Positions 1-9,990 of a DNA stretch of 64,000 bases are shown here, in pieces; within the stretch, counting starts at the first letter, position 1, and the number at the start of each line of letters is the position of its first letter. The notes below the pieces were generated by a model. The model had not been told where the DNA came from. It searched no databases and was given only the letters and a program-made list of their open reading frames with translations. The position numbers were made by a program, and so were the translations under genes. Source of the DNA: an uncultured Lachnospiraceae bacterium (GTDB taxonomy: Bacteria > Bacillota > Clostridia > Lachnospirales > Lachnospiraceae); NCBI GenBank assembly GCA_946558465.1, contig CAMNTM010000010.1, positions 1,574 to 65,573 on the forward strand, given 5' to 3'.

Positions 1-155
1 ATATCCACAGCAGAATAACCTATCCAGCACACAAGTAAAAGCCCCACAGCTGCTACAAGAACTTTACGGACCGTATTCTGCATCTTTTCTTTCTTCATAA
101 TCTGTTTACGGTTTGCTTTTTCCTTTTTATATCGATCCACTTTCGCCTGACTCAT
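1..155 (-). CDS. partial small membrane-anchored protein (N-terminal part; continues past the left edge)
   Basis: ATG at 155-153 with AAGGAG about 9 nt upstream. Translation MSQAKVDRYKKEKANRKQIMKKEKMQNTVRKVLVAAVGLLLVCWIGYSAVDI has a basic N-terminus followed by one hydrophobic helix. Too short inside the window to appear in the ORF track. Confidence 0.35.
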   Translation of the reverse strand, partial: MSQAKVDRYKKEKANRKQIMKKEKMQNTVRKVLVAAVGLLLVCWIGYSAVD

Positions 156-246
156 CTGTCAAAAACTCCTTTACTGAAACTTATACGCCTGACTGTCTCA
201 CAAAAGACCGGCCGCCTTAACTTTCAGTATAGCATAAAACCATCTC

Positions 247-1086
247 CTATACAACTACAATTATGCCTCCGTCTGCCGCATACATGCTGCTGATTCCTGC
301 AGTATCCAGAATGATGACATCCTTAAATTCTGCCTTTTCCTTCAACATCTTCTTTACCCCTTCTGCTCTTTCCCGGCAGTTACAGTGTGAGATAGCAAGA
401 ATTTTTTCTTTTGAATTTTTCAGACCGGAAACCACATGTTCACCCATCTTTATTAATGCCTTATTCATTCCGCGCGCTTGTCCCAGCTGACAGATAGTCC
501 CCTCTGAAGTAGCCCCCATTACCGGCTTAATATTTAGTGCAGTTGCTACAATTGCTTTTACCCCGGTCAGCCTTCCGTTTTTTCTGAGTGTCTCTAATGT
601 CTCCAGGACAAAATATGTATTCTGTCCTTTAATGTAGGCTTCCACCTGTTCCACCACCTCATAAAAAGGCATACCTTTTTCTTCACACTCCTGAATTTTA
701 AGAGCAATCAAAGTCTCACCAATAGAAGCTGAGCGTGAATTAAACACATATATATCCTTTTTACCGTACTCCTCGAAATATAGATTCCTGCCAAGCTGTG
801 CACTGTTATACGATCCGCTAAGCTCTGCTGAAAGTGTTACTGCATACACATGCTCCGCCTCACAGCGGTATTTTTCCATATATTTCTCCGGCGACGGACA
901 GGAAGACTTCGGACACTCCGGTGACTCCTTCACATATTTTAAAAACTGCGCCTGATTAAAGGTCTCATCATCAATCAAATGATGTCCGGCCACATCAATC
1001 TCCAGTGATGCGGTTTCAAAATATCCCGACACTTTCATCTCATCTGTCAGTTCCCCGCAGCTGTCCACAATAATCTTATAGCTCAT
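247..1086 (-). CDS. DegV family fatty-acid-binding protein
   Basis: MSYKIIVDSCGELTDEMK... is a typical DegV N-terminus at about 280 aa. I moved the start to ATG 1086, which follows GGGAGGAA. The track ORF extends 12 codons further upstream. Confidence 0.85.
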   Translation of the reverse strand: MSYKIIVDSCGELTDEMKVSGYFETASLEIDVAGHHLIDDETFNQAQFLKYVKESPECPKSSCPSPEKYMEKYRCEAEHVYAVTLSAELSGSYNSAQLGRNLYFEEYGKKDIYVFNSRSASIGETLIALKIQECEEKGMPFYEVVEQVEAYIKGQNTYFVLETLETLRKNGRLTGVKAIVATALNIKPVMGATSEGTICQLGQARGMNKALIKMGEHVVSGLKNSKEKILAISHCNCRERAEGVKKMLKEKAEFKDVIILDTAGISSMYAADGGIIVVV

Positions 1087-1205
1087 GTTATTCCTCCCGG
1101 CATACCTTTCTCGACCACACAAAGCATGTCATTAATTTCTATTATATGTAGTTTTTAATACTACATATTCTATAATATCACATTCCCATTGGAAAATAAA
1201 GCCTT

Positions 1206-2354
1206 TTATTCGTCAAATTTAATACTTCTCGACACACCAAGTGCTATCCCCATTTCTGCCATAAGAAAAAGAATAGATGTACCTCCATAGCTGATAAATG
1301 GAAGCGTGATTCCTGTCGTCGGTATCATATTCGTAACAACCGCAACATTCAAAATTACCTGAAGGGCTATATGCGCAAAAATCCCTGTCACAATCATAGA
1401 TCCATACATATCCGGCGCATTCTGCGCAATAAACAGTAAACGATACAAGAGCATTCCGAACAGCACTAAAAGCATGAGTGCCCCGCACACACCCAGCTCT
1501 TCACAGATAACCGAAAGAATCATATCATTTTGAACCTCAGGGATAATCATTTTCTGAGCACTGTTTCCAAGACCCTTTCCAAAAAATCCTCCCGATCCGA
1601 TTGCATAAAGCCCCTGCAGTGTCTGATAGCTTCCATCAGAGGCATAAGCTTCAGGGTTCAGCCATACAATAATTCTGCGCAGACGAAAATTTTCACTTGT
1701 CTCCACTGCCTTAATAAGTATTTGAAGACCAACTGCAAGAAGTCCCGCAGCCCCCGCGGCAATCACCATAAACGGCGCCGTCTTCGGATGCATGACAAAT
1801 ATCATAACACAGGTGATCCCCATCACAATAACCGCCGTACTTAGATTCTCGGTAAGTATGTATACACAGCCTGCTGAAAATCCGCCCCACAGAACCACCT
1901 TTCCAATACCGGCCCAGGTCTTTGCATTTTTTCCCAGCTGGATAATCAAAACTGGAATAAATAATATAACAGCTATTTTTGTCACCTCTGCCGGCTGAAG
2001 CTGCTGTCCAAGCGGAAGCCTGATCCACCTCCTTGCGCCATTCACCTCTTTTCCTAAAGGCGTCTGTACAAGTGCCATGAGAAAAACCGAAAAAAAATAC
2101 AGAAGCCTTGCCCATTTAATATAAATATGATAATTAATATGTGACACAAACAGCATTCCTGCAAAACCTGCCGCACAAAACATAATCTGTCTCTTGAAAT
2201 AATACATACTGTCGTTGTAATTAATCAATGCGCTGTATGCACTGGTACTATACAGCATTACAAGCCCAAAACAAATCAAAAATGCCAGTACAGCCAGCAT
2301 ACTGTAATCAAAATATCGTGCTGCTCTTTTTTTCTTTACCTGTCTCTTTGCCAT
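1206..2354 (-). CDS. FtsW/RodA/SpoVE (SEDS) family peptidoglycan glycosyltransferase
   Basis: 382 aa and polytopic. C-terminal SEDS signature GITLPFISYGGTSILF, with GSGGFFGKGLGNS further upstream. Confidence 0.9.
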   Translation of the reverse strand: MAKRQVKKKRAARYFDYSMLAVLAFLICFGLVMLYSTSAYSALINYNDSMYYFKRQIMFCAAGFAGMLFVSHINYHIYIKWARLLYFFSVFLMALVQTPLGKEVNGARRWIRLPLGQQLQPAEVTKIAVILFIPVLIIQLGKNAKTWAGIGKVVLWGGFSAGCVYILTENLSTAVIVMGITCVMIFVMHPKTAPFMVIAAGAAGLLAVGLQILIKAVETSENFRLRRIIVWLNPEAYASDGSYQTLQGLYAIGSGGFFGKGLGNSAQKMIIPEVQNDMILSVICEELGVCGALMLLVLFGMLLYRLLFIAQNAPDMYGSMIVTGIFAHIALQVILNVAVVTNMIPTTGITLPFISYGGTSILFLMAEMGIALGVSRSIKFDE

Positions 2355-2580
2355 AATCTTACACTCCCATCGCCTCTATTATATCGTATCCGTTAAAGTA
2401 CGTCTATAAAAAAAGAAAACAGAACATTAAACATAAATTTCTTTAATTTTACACAATTGCTTTCATATATTGGCAAGTGCTATATGAATAAAGCCCGAAA
2501 TATATGACTGCCAATATCAAATCAATGTTGTCTTGATGAAACTTAAGCCACTCTTCTTTGTCAAAACAATGTTCAAAAAC

Positions 2581-2607
2581 ACAACTTCTATATTTTTACA
2601 TAGTATA
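2581..2607 (+). promoter_or_regulatory. possible mother-cell (sigma-K/sigma-E type) promoter of cotJABC
   Basis: AC at 2581-2582, a 16-nt spacer, then CATAGTATA at 2599-2607, which fits the CATAnnnTA -10 pattern. Sits 36 nt upstream of the cotJA start. Pattern match only. Confidence 0.25.
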
Positions 2608-2642
2608 ATATTGCAAATAATTTTATGGAAGGAGAACAAAAT

Positions 2643-2927
2643 ATGCCGAATTACCGTTATAATTCGCAGGATTATATGAGACGCAGGGGCTGCGGCTCAC
2701 CAATGGCCCCATCACCTGCTGTATGTCCGGAAGCAGCATGTCCTGTATGCCGTGACACACGAAACACCTATGATGAATTAAGCAGTATGCCTCTTGCTAT
2801 GGCTTACGTCCCCTGGCAGGAATGGCAGAATATCTACGAAGCAGAAAAAGGATTTTGCTGCGGAACAATATTTGAAGAGCTAAACAAGCCATTTCGTGGG
2901 ATAGGAGGTTGTCAAAATGTCAGATAA
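2643..2927 (+). CDS. cotJA: spore coat-associated protein CotJA
   Basis: LAMAYVPWQEWQNIYEAEKGFCCGTIFEELNKPF is the conserved CotJA core. Start set at ATG 2643, directly after GGAAGGAG. It overlaps cotJB by 11 nt. Confidence 0.85.
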   Translation: MPNYRYNSQDYMRRRGCGSPMAPSPAVCPEAACPVCRDTRNTYDELSSMPLAMAYVPWQEWQNIYEAEKGFCCGTIFEELNKPFRGIGGCQNVR

Positions 2928-3186
2928 CAAACCTTGCCGTGAAGAATTATTACAATGGATTAATGTAGTAAGCTTTGCTGTTGATGATGTTAAACTTTTT
3001 CTTGACACACATCCATGTGATGAAAACGCACTGGAGTATTTTGAAGAATTTAAAAAACAGCGCGTACAGGCATTGAAAGAATACGCAAAGTTCTATGGGC
3101 CTTTAAATATTGACTCTGCCTGTACACCGGCAGAACGCTGGGCATGGATCAGCAGTCCATGGCCCTGGCAGGAAGGAGGTTGTTAA
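2917..3186 (+). CDS. cotJB: spore coat protein CotJB
   Basis: REELLQWINVVSFAVDDVKLFLDTHPCDENALEYF is the CotJB motif. GGAGG RBS present. Lies between cotJA and cotJC. Confidence 0.9.
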   Translation: MSDNKPCREELLQWINVVSFAVDDVKLFLDTHPCDENALEYFEEFKKQRVQALKEYAKFYGPLNIDSACTPAERWAWISSPWPWQEGGC

Positions 3187-3189
3187 TAT

Positions 3190-3801
3190 ATGTGGAATTA
3201 TGAAAAACGCTTACAGTATCCGGTAAAAATCACACAGACAAATCCTAAGATTGCGCAGGTAATCATTACTCAGTTCGGTGGACCAGACGGAGAGCTGGCA
3301 GCTTCCATGCGTTACCTCTCTCAGCGCTATTCTATGCCTTATAATGAAGTAACCGGGATTTTAACTGACATCGGTACAGAAGAACTTGCTCACATGGAAA
3401 TGATTTGTGCTATCGTTCATCAGCTTACAAGAAATCTGACGCCAGAACAGTTAGTTGAATCCGGTTTTGACAAATATTATGTAGATCACACACTGGCTCT
3501 CTGGCCCCAGGCAGCAAGCGGCGCTCCTTGGACAGCAACATATTTCCAGTCTAAAGGAGACCCTATTACAGATATTCATGAGGATATGGCAGCAGAGCAG
3601 AAGGCTAGAACTACCTATGATAATATTCTGCGTCTGGTGAAAGATCCAGAAGTGTGCGAACCAATCCGTTTCCTGAGGGAACGTGAGATTGTTCACTATC
3701 AGAGGTTCGGTGAAAGCCTGCGGATTATCCAGGATCACCTCGACAGCAAGAACTTCTATGCCATAAATCCAGAATTCGACACCCGCTCCTGCTGTAAATA
3801 A
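3190..3801 (+). CDS. cotJC: CotJC, manganese-catalase-family spore coat protein
   Basis: MWNYEKRLQYPVKI..., GGPDGELAASMRYLSQRY and EELAHMEMI are ferritin-like/Mn-catalase motifs typical of CotJC. GGAGG RBS present. Confidence 0.92.
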   Translation: MWNYEKRLQYPVKITQTNPKIAQVIITQFGGPDGELAASMRYLSQRYSMPYNEVTGILTDIGTEELAHMEMICAIVHQLTRNLTPEQLVESGFDKYYVDHTLALWPQAASGAPWTATYFQSKGDPITDIHEDMAAEQKARTTYDNILRLVKDPEVCEPIRFLREREIVHYQRFGESLRIIQDHLDSKNFYAINPEFDTRSCCK

Positions 3802-3838
3802 ACATGAAATTACTCTAATTCTGACATATTAACTCATC

Positions 3839-3969
3839 TGATTGTTTCATCTGCGATGCCGATCCGTACCCCGTTTCGCCTGCTATAGCTACGCGCCGCC
3901 GTCACACACCAGTGTCAGCCAGGCAGCACTGCCGCATTTCACACTGCCGCATCGCATATGAAGCAATCA
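3839..3969. repeat. 131-bp element bounded by 21-bp inverted repeats around a GC-rich core
   Basis: TGATTGTTTCATCTGCGATGC (3839-3859) pairs with GCATCGCATATGAAGCAATCA (3949-3969): 19 Watson-Crick pairs, 1 G-U and 1 mismatch. The 89-nt core is much more GC-rich than its flanks and has inner hairpins (CAGTGT/ACACTG, GGCA/TGCC). ATC flanks both ends. The right arm is followed by TCTTTTT. Confidence 0.6.
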
Positions 3970-4117
3970 ATCTTTTTCATCTATGATATCTCTTTATTCC
4001 GCAGCCCTCTTCTTGCATTCTACACAATGAACACAAAACTCCCTTCTTGATTCTCTCCTCCTTGTTTGATAGAATAAAATTATTAACAGTAGTCTTAAAA
4101 GGAGGTATTGCCACACT

Positions 4118-4768
4118 ATGAATACATTTTCAAACGTAAAAAACGCAACGCTCTACACCTTAGATTGTTCTTTCTATTCTTCTGTCCAGTACAATACAAA
4201 AAGTCCGGAATCCGTAACCCTCATTTTTCATGAAAAGCCTTCACAGCAGCTCCCTGAAAGACTATTTCTTATGCCTGAAGGTACAGAATACGATTACCGG
4301 GCATTTATCTTTACCTTGTCACATGAAATAGAAACCTGCTGTATAAAAGAATCAAATCATATGTGTTATCTGATAAATGCCGTCACAACCGATATTCCTG
4401 ACCAACGAAAAAATTTCCGCGTTTATACGACCTTCCAGGCTCCTATTTTACTGGAGGGCCGGACAAAAGAAATCTATGTTACAGTTAAGGATATTGGAAC
4501 CGGAGGCTTCCAGTTTATCTCGAAACATAAATTCGAACCCGGCACAAATCTGTCTACTGTCTTCTCATCTGGTATCAGGACTCCTGCGTGCATCACGGCA
4601 TGTATACAAAAGCAGCGTCCTGTACGTCAGAAAGGAGTATACGGCTACGGCTGCCAGTTTATAAATCTTCCGCAGAGTACAGAAGCTTTGATACGAAATT
4701 TTGTATTTCAGACGGAACTCCTTCAGGCTAAGGCAAAGAAGGAACGCGAGGAGGCTCTCACGAAATAG
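4118..4768 (+). CDS. PilZ domain protein (putative c-di-GMP receptor) with an uncharacterised N-terminal half
   Basis: RKNFR (RxxxR) followed 24 aa later by DIGTGG (D/NxSxxG-like). AAGGAGG RBS sits 12 nt upstream. Confidence 0.75.
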   Translation: MNTFSNVKNATLYTLDCSFYSSVQYNTKSPESVTLIFHEKPSQQLPERLFLMPEGTEYDYRAFIFTLSHEIETCCIKESNHMCYLINAVTTDIPDQRKNFRVYTTFQAPILLEGRTKEIYVTVKDIGTGGFQFISKHKFEPGTNLSTVFSSGIRTPACITACIQKQRPVRQKGVYGYGCQFINLPQSTEALIRNFVFQTELLQAKAKKEREEALTK

Positions 4769-4785
4769 CCTCCTTATCATTTTCT

Positions 4786-6171
4786 TCAGCTTCTATTTGT
4801 ACAGAATCCGTGCACCCAGTCAGAACGCAGATAATAAATGAGATAAATGACCGAACTGATACACCACGTAATCGGATATGCCCAGTAAATATATTCTATT
4901 TCTCCAAGCAAGGACATAACAGCCGCTATATAGGCAATTCGGATTACACACCAGACCGACAGCATAATACACATAGGAACAAAGGCTTTCCCCGCGCCGC
5001 GGCAGACGGCTGCAACTCCATGCGAAAACGCCAGTAAAAAATAAAACAGCGCAACTATATGGGCTTGTTTTACCCCAAGTCCGATAACTCCTTCAGATTT
5101 ATCAAACAGACCAATCAATGCCGGAGCAAAAAGATAATATCCGATACCAATAATCTCTGCCAAAACCACAGTCGCCAATATACTGAAACGCGCTCCTTTT
5201 TTTGCACGGTCATATTCCCCGGCTCCCAGATTCTGACTGATAAAGGTTGTACCTGCCATATTAAAGCTCGTAATAGGAAGAAATGCAAAGCCTTCAATTT
5301 TTGCGTGTGTACCATAGGCCGCCATTGCAAATTTCCCAAAAGAATTAATCTGTGACTGAACAATTACATTAGCAAAGGCTATCACTGAATTCTGAACTCC
5401 TGAAGGAAATCCGTAGCGAACCACCTCTGAGAGCAAATCTCGGTGAAAACGAATCTTTTTCAGTTCTACAGTAAATATATTTCCGCCGCGCAGCAGATAC
5501 CTCATACAAAGCACTACACTGGCTCCCTGGGATATCACCGTTGCCGCTGCCGCTGCCCAGACCCCAAAATGAAATATTCCTATAAGTATCAAATCCAGCA
5601 GCACATTAAGAACAGAAGAAAAGATCAGATAATACAACGGTCTTTTACTGTCTCCCAGTGCATTCATGATGCTCCGGCAGATATTATACATAACCAGCGC
5701 AAGCGCACCAAGAAAATAGTAACGGAAATATTCCACCGCATTCGGCATAACCGCCGCATCTGTACGCATCCATCTAAGAAAGACCGGCGTAAAGATAACA
5801 CCTGTCACGGTTAAAAATACTCCGCTGGCCAGTCCAAAGGCGAGAGTGGTATGAATAGCACGCGACACCTTATTTTTATCACCCGCACCAAAATACCGGG
5901 AGATAACCACTCCCCCTCCCATCGCAATCCCTGCAAAAAAACTAACCATCAAAAAAATCAATGTTCCAGACGAAGTAACTGCCGCAAGCGCATCTGTTCC
6001 CAAAAACTTACCTACTATTAGTGCGTCGGCAGTATTATAAAGCTGCTGAAAAACTTGACTTAAAAAAATCGGCATCGCAAAACCAGTCATCAAAGAATAA
6101 ATATTGCCCTTTGTCATATCCACTACCTGTGATGAACTGTTTCGCTTCATATTTTCTTTCTTGTTTAACAT
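4786..6171 (-). CDS. MATE family efflux transporter
   Basis: 461 aa with 12 predicted helices. N-terminal GNIYSLMTGFAMPIFLSQVFQQLYNTADALIVGKFLG is the MATE (NorM/DinF) signature. Confidence 0.9.
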   Translation of the reverse strand: MLNKKENMKRNSSSQVVDMTKGNIYSLMTGFAMPIFLSQVFQQLYNTADALIVGKFLGTDALAAVTSSGTLIFLMVSFFAGIAMGGGVVISRYFGAGDKNKVSRAIHTTLAFGLASGVFLTVTGVIFTPVFLRWMRTDAAVMPNAVEYFRYYFLGALALVMYNICRSIMNALGDSKRPLYYLIFSSVLNVLLDLILIGIFHFGVWAAAAATVISQGASVVLCMRYLLRGGNIFTVELKKIRFHRDLLSEVVRYGFPSGVQNSVIAFANVIVQSQINSFGKFAMAAYGTHAKIEGFAFLPITSFNMAGTTFISQNLGAGEYDRAKKGARFSILATVVLAEIIGIGYYLFAPALIGLFDKSEGVIGLGVKQAHIVALFYFLLAFSHGVAAVCRGAGKAFVPMCIMLSVWCVIRIAYIAAVMSLLGEIEYIYWAYPITWCISSVIYLIYYLRSDWVHGFCTNRS

Positions 6172-6279
6172 ACATATTTCCCCATCTTTTTACATTTACG
6201 AAAACCTGCTTCACAAAAGGCACCAATGTTTATATTATAAATGTCCTCCTCTGGCAGTACAGAAAAGGACATTTAATTA

Positions 6280-6666
6280 TCATTTCAGCAGCATATATGC
6301 GATAACTCCTGCTACAATAACGATTGCTATACCAAGAATAATGATAGGAAGTTTTGATCCTCCTTCATCCTCATAGTAGTCATCTTCATATAAATCATCT
6401 TCTATTTCTTCACGTCTCTTTGCTCTCCTCTTCTGAGACCTTTTATCTTCTACCGCAAGCAAATCATCGTAAGCCTTTTTCATCTCTCGCTCACGCTTTT
6501 CTCTCACAGTCTTTGGCGGAATATTAGAGTACTTCTGCTCCTCATTCTCTTCTGCCGCTTTTTTCTTCTGCGGAACTTTAAATTTCTTTTTGCACGTATA
6601 GCACAAAAGATAATCCGGATCTTTTTTTCCTGGACGAAGCGGCTCGCCGCATATCGGACATTTCAT
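6280..6666 (-). CDS. zinc-ribbon protein with charged linker and C-terminal membrane anchor
   Basis: CPICGEPL...CYTCKKKF gives a CxxC-N15-CxxC ribbon. It is followed by a K/E/R-rich linker and a C-terminal helix LPIIILGIAIVIVAGVIAYMLL. GGAGGAA RBS present. Confidence 0.6.
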   Translation of the reverse strand: MKCPICGEPLRPGKKDPDYLLCYTCKKKFKVPQKKKAAEENEEQKYSNIPPKTVREKREREMKKAYDDLLAVEDKRSQKRRAKRREEIEDDLYEDDYYEDEGGSKLPIIILGIAIVIVAGVIAYMLLK

Positions 6667-6695
6667 TAGTATCTTGTTCCTCCTTCGTATAATTT

Positions 6696-7931
6696 TTATG
6701 GCAGCGGATAACGGTCTGTCAGGCTCTTAACCATCTCCCGCACCTTATTAGTATTTTTCTTATCCCTCATAGCAAGGATAATTCCCTCTGCAATCGTCTC
6801 CATATCTTCTTCTTTCATTCCTCTTGTTGTCACAGCCGGAGTTCCAAGCCTTATTCCGCTCGTAACAAAAGGTGATCGCGGATCATTAGGAATCGTGTTT
6901 TTATTACAGGTAATATAAGCCTCATCTAAACGCCTCTCCAGCTCCTTTCCACTAATTTCCTCCTGCCTGAGATCTAAAAGCATCAGGTGATTATCCGTAC
7001 CTCCCGATACAATCTGACCGCCCCTTCTTAGAAGCCCTCCGCACAGAGCCTGTGCATTTTTCACTACCTGCTGCTGATATTCCTTAAACTCCGGTGAAAG
7101 TGCCTCCTTAAAACATACCGCCTTTGCTGCGATTACATGCTCAAGCGGACCTCCCTGTGTTCCGGGAAAGACAGCCTTATTAAAATTGAATCTCTCCGCC
7201 GCCTCCTCACTGCAGAGGAGCATGCCGCCTCTCGGCCCTCTCAGCGTCTTATGTGTCGTCGTCGTAATTACATCCGCGTACGGCACCGGACTCGGATGCA
7301 GTCCTGCTGCAACAAGGCCTGCAATGTGAGCCATATCCACCATAAGATACGCCCCTGCCTCATCTGCAATCTCACGAAACTTCTTAAAGTCAATCACTCT
7401 TGCATATGCGCTTGCTCCTGCAACAATCAGCTTTGGACGCTCCTTAAGCGCTGTCCTGCGGACCTTATCATAATCTATAAATCCGTTTTCCTCCACTCCG
7501 TAAAAAGAAGTTTCAAAATAAGAACCGGAAATATTTACCGGAGAACCATGTGTCAGATGTCCGCCGTGATCCAGATTCATTCCGAGAATCTTATCTCCCG
7601 GTTTCAGCAACGCAAAGAACGCAGCCATATTTGCCTGCGCCCCGGAATGCGGCTGTACATTGACATACCCGCATCCAAATAATTTCTTTGCCCTTTCTAT
7701 TGCAAGATTTTCTATCTCATCTACACATTGACAGCCTCCATAATACCGTCTTCCGGGATAGCCTTCTGCATATTTATTAGTAAGCGGACTTCCCATCGCA
7801 GCCATCACTGCCTTGCTGACCCAGTTTTCAGACGCAATTAACTCAATATGTGAAGCCTGTCTCTCATACTCTGCTGTAATTAAATCTGCTGTCTCAGCAT
7901 CTGCTCTTTTAATTTCATCAAATGTATACAT
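6696..7931 (-). CDS. glyA: serine hydroxymethyltransferase
   Basis: [23 protein letters not shown] and the PLP-lysine motif [14 protein letters not shown]. Confidence 0.97.
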   Translation of the reverse strand: MYTFDEIKRADAETADLITAEYERQASHIELIASENWVSKAVMAAMGSPLTNKYAEGYPGRRYYGGCQCVDEIENLAIERAKKLFGCGYVNVQPHSGAQANMAAFFALLKPGDKILGMNLDHGGHLTHGSPVNISGSYFETSFYGVEENGFIDYDKVRRTALKERPKLIVAGASAYARVIDFKKFREIADEAGAYLMVDMAHIAGLVAAGLHPSPVPYADVITTTTHKTLRGPRGGMLLCSEEAAERFNFNKAVFPGTQGGPLEHVIAAKAVCFKEALSPEFKEYQQQVVKNAQALCGGLLRRGGQIVSGGTDNHLMLLDLRQEEISGKELERRLDEAYITCNKNTIPNDPRSPFVTSGIRLGTPAVTTRGMKEEDMETIAEGIILAMRDKKNTNKVREMVKSLTDRYPLP

Positions 7932-7966
7932 ATTTGTACCCTCCTACGGGCACCATTATATCATTA

Positions 7967-9226
7967 TTATGAGCTGGTTCCAAGTGTAACTTCTACAATT
8001 TCTTCTTTATATTCTCCATCCTTCTGAGGAATCTGCACTGTTACCTTCACAGTCTCCCCAGCACGATAATATTGAAGCTGTTCCTGCAGAGTAGTCATAC
8101 CGTCAATTGCCGTTCCTTCCAGCGCTGTAATCACAGAACCCTTTGACAGTCCTGCCCTCGATGCGCCTCCTCCCTTGATGACACTGGAAATATAGACGCC
8201 TGTAGGCATATTGTACATCTCGGCACTGTCACTCGTCACATCCACTCCCTGGATTCCAAGATATCCCTTCTCATCATCCGCTACCTTCGTTCTTGTTTTC
8301 CGGTTCATAAGATCTTTGATAATATCACTTGCATCTGAGATAGGGATTGCATAGCCCATGCCCTCTACACCTACATTATTCATACCACTTGATGCAACCT
8401 TAATTGTATTGATCCCGATCACCTCTCCTCTGGCATTTAAGAGAGCCCCTCCGCTGTTTCCGGGATTAATCGCCGCATCTGTCTGAATCAGTTCACTGTC
8501 AAACCCTTCCAGCATGCGCTTCGTAGCTGATACAATTCCTGTTGTTACAGACTGTCCATATCCAAGAGCATTACCGATTGCTATAGCCGGCTCCCCAACC
8601 TGCAGCTTCGTAGAATCTCCCAATGTGGCTACTGCAATTGCCTCCATCGTAGACTCCTTAATATCCTCAAGCTTTACTGCCACTACTGCAATATCTCTAG
8701 AAGCATCTGTTCCCTTAATAGCTGCTTCTACACTCTCCTCATCAATAAAGGAAACCGTCAGTGTATCACTGCCCTCCACCACATGGTTATTAGTGAGAAT
8801 TAAAAGCTCCGTCTCATTCTGACTGATAATAATCCCAGAACCGGCACTTGGTATCTCCTGTTCCCGTACTCCTCCGAAAAAGCTCTGTACCTGCTGTATA
8901 CTGATATTAGTAATTGATACTACAGAAGGCATGGCATTTTGTGCAATCTTTGAGACATCAGATGTGACAGTATCTCCTGACCCAGTCGCAAGGACCGCGC
9001 CCTTTACTGTCTCTGTCTGCTTTGCCGTTTTATTTTCTTTGTTCGTCCCGAAAATCTTTCCGGTTACATAACTACTGGCTTGAAATGCAGCTCCTGCAGT
9101 AAGTCCGAAAACCAACCCAAAGCAAATCATTTTAACTGCTCCAGGCACTTTTCTTTTTTTCTTTTTATCCGGCTCCTTATCCCGGTGATCCTGTTCAGGT
9201 GTATAATAAGTATATTGATTTTCCAT
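7967..9226 (-). CDS. HtrA/DegP-family (S1C) serine protease with N-terminal membrane anchor and C-terminal PDZ domain
   Basis: TNNHVV (His), RDIAV (Asp), GNSGGALLN (Ser), and a PDZ-like C-terminus. The track start at 9244 is GTG. ATG 9226 follows AAAGGGGA at 7 nt. Confidence 0.9.
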   Translation of the reverse strand: MENQYTYYTPEQDHRDKEPDKKKKRKVPGAVKMICFGLVFGLTAGAAFQASSYVTGKIFGTNKENKTAKQTETVKGAVLATGSGDTVTSDVSKIAQNAMPSVVSITNISIQQVQSFFGGVREQEIPSAGSGIIISQNETELLILTNNHVVEGSDTLTVSFIDEESVEAAIKGTDASRDIAVVAVKLEDIKESTMEAIAVATLGDSTKLQVGEPAIAIGNALGYGQSVTTGIVSATKRMLEGFDSELIQTDAAINPGNSGGALLNARGEVIGINTIKVASSGMNNVGVEGMGYAIPISDASDIIKDLMNRKTRTKVADDEKGYLGIQGVDVTSDSAEMYNMPTGVYISSVIKGGGASRAGLSKGSVITALEGTAIDGMTTLQEQLQYYRAGETVKVTVQIPQKDGEYKEEIVEVTLGTSS

Positions 9227-9310
9227 ATATAAGTCCCCTTTCACTATCTTATGTTAAACAGTGTAGACTCCAATTGTGTTCAAAATGTGATAAAATCTTG
9301 TCAAAATCTT

Positions 9311-9356
9311 TAATTTATAAAATGACCAGGCTTCAAAATAAAGAAACCTGGTCATT
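9311..9356 (-). terminator. probable intrinsic terminator after ORF 9374-9955
   Basis: AATGACCAGG (9321-9330) pairs with CCTGGTCATT (9347-9356), a 10-bp stem with a 16-nt loop. On the minus strand it is followed by TTATAAATT. Confidence 0.45.
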
Positions 9357-9373
9357 AATTTTCCTATTCAATT

Positions 9374-9955
9374 TTAATTTTCAGCCGGATTCTCATATGC
9401 ATCTCTGAGGTCTGACAATGCCTCCCGCAGCAATGCATCAGATGCCAATGCCTGTGCATAATCTTCATTTACTTCCGCAAAAAGCTTCTGAACATCTTCA
9501 TGTGCGCTTATCACGGCCGCATAATCCTTCATCTCAGAATCCTCTCCTGACTTTATCTCATACCCTCCGCTTGTCCCATTCTGCTCCGCATAAAGTGTTC
9601 CAAGCCCCGGCACCTTTGTATAAATATCCTGAATCTTCATCTCATATCGAACAAATACCAGATAGGAACCTGTCTTTTTCCCAAGCTTTGTGTAAACCCG
9701 AATGTTATCATAGGATTCCACGAACCCGGCGCTTCCTTCAAGCTGCTCATAATATTCCCTTACAGTGTTCGAAAGCTCTGGATAACTGTCCTCTCGAAGC
9801 GGATTCATTGCCATTGCCTCACATCCAAGATTCTCACCCTTGGCTGCTCTGACACTCATCTTATGTACCTCATGTGCTTTCTCTCCGGTAAGTCCGAATC
9901 CCACAGCTCCTACTACTAAAACAAGAAGCATGGGGACGAGCCACCTTTTCTTCAT
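9374..9955 (-). CDS. hypothetical membrane-anchored or secreted protein
   Basis: GGAGG RBS. N-terminal helix MKKRWLVPMLLVLVVGAVGFGL. I recognise no family motif. Confidence 0.6.
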   Translation of the reverse strand: MKKRWLVPMLLVLVVGAVGFGLTGEKAHEVHKMSVRAAKGENLGCEAMAMNPLREDSYPELSNTVREYYEQLEGSAGFVESYDNIRVYTKLGKKTGSYLVFVRYEMKIQDIYTKVPGLGTLYAEQNGTSGGYEIKSGEDSEMKDYAAVISAHEDVQKLFAEVNEDYAQALASDALLREALSDLRDAYENPAEN

Positions 9956-9990
9956 AGACTACCTCCACACAATCAGCACTTTATTAAGTA

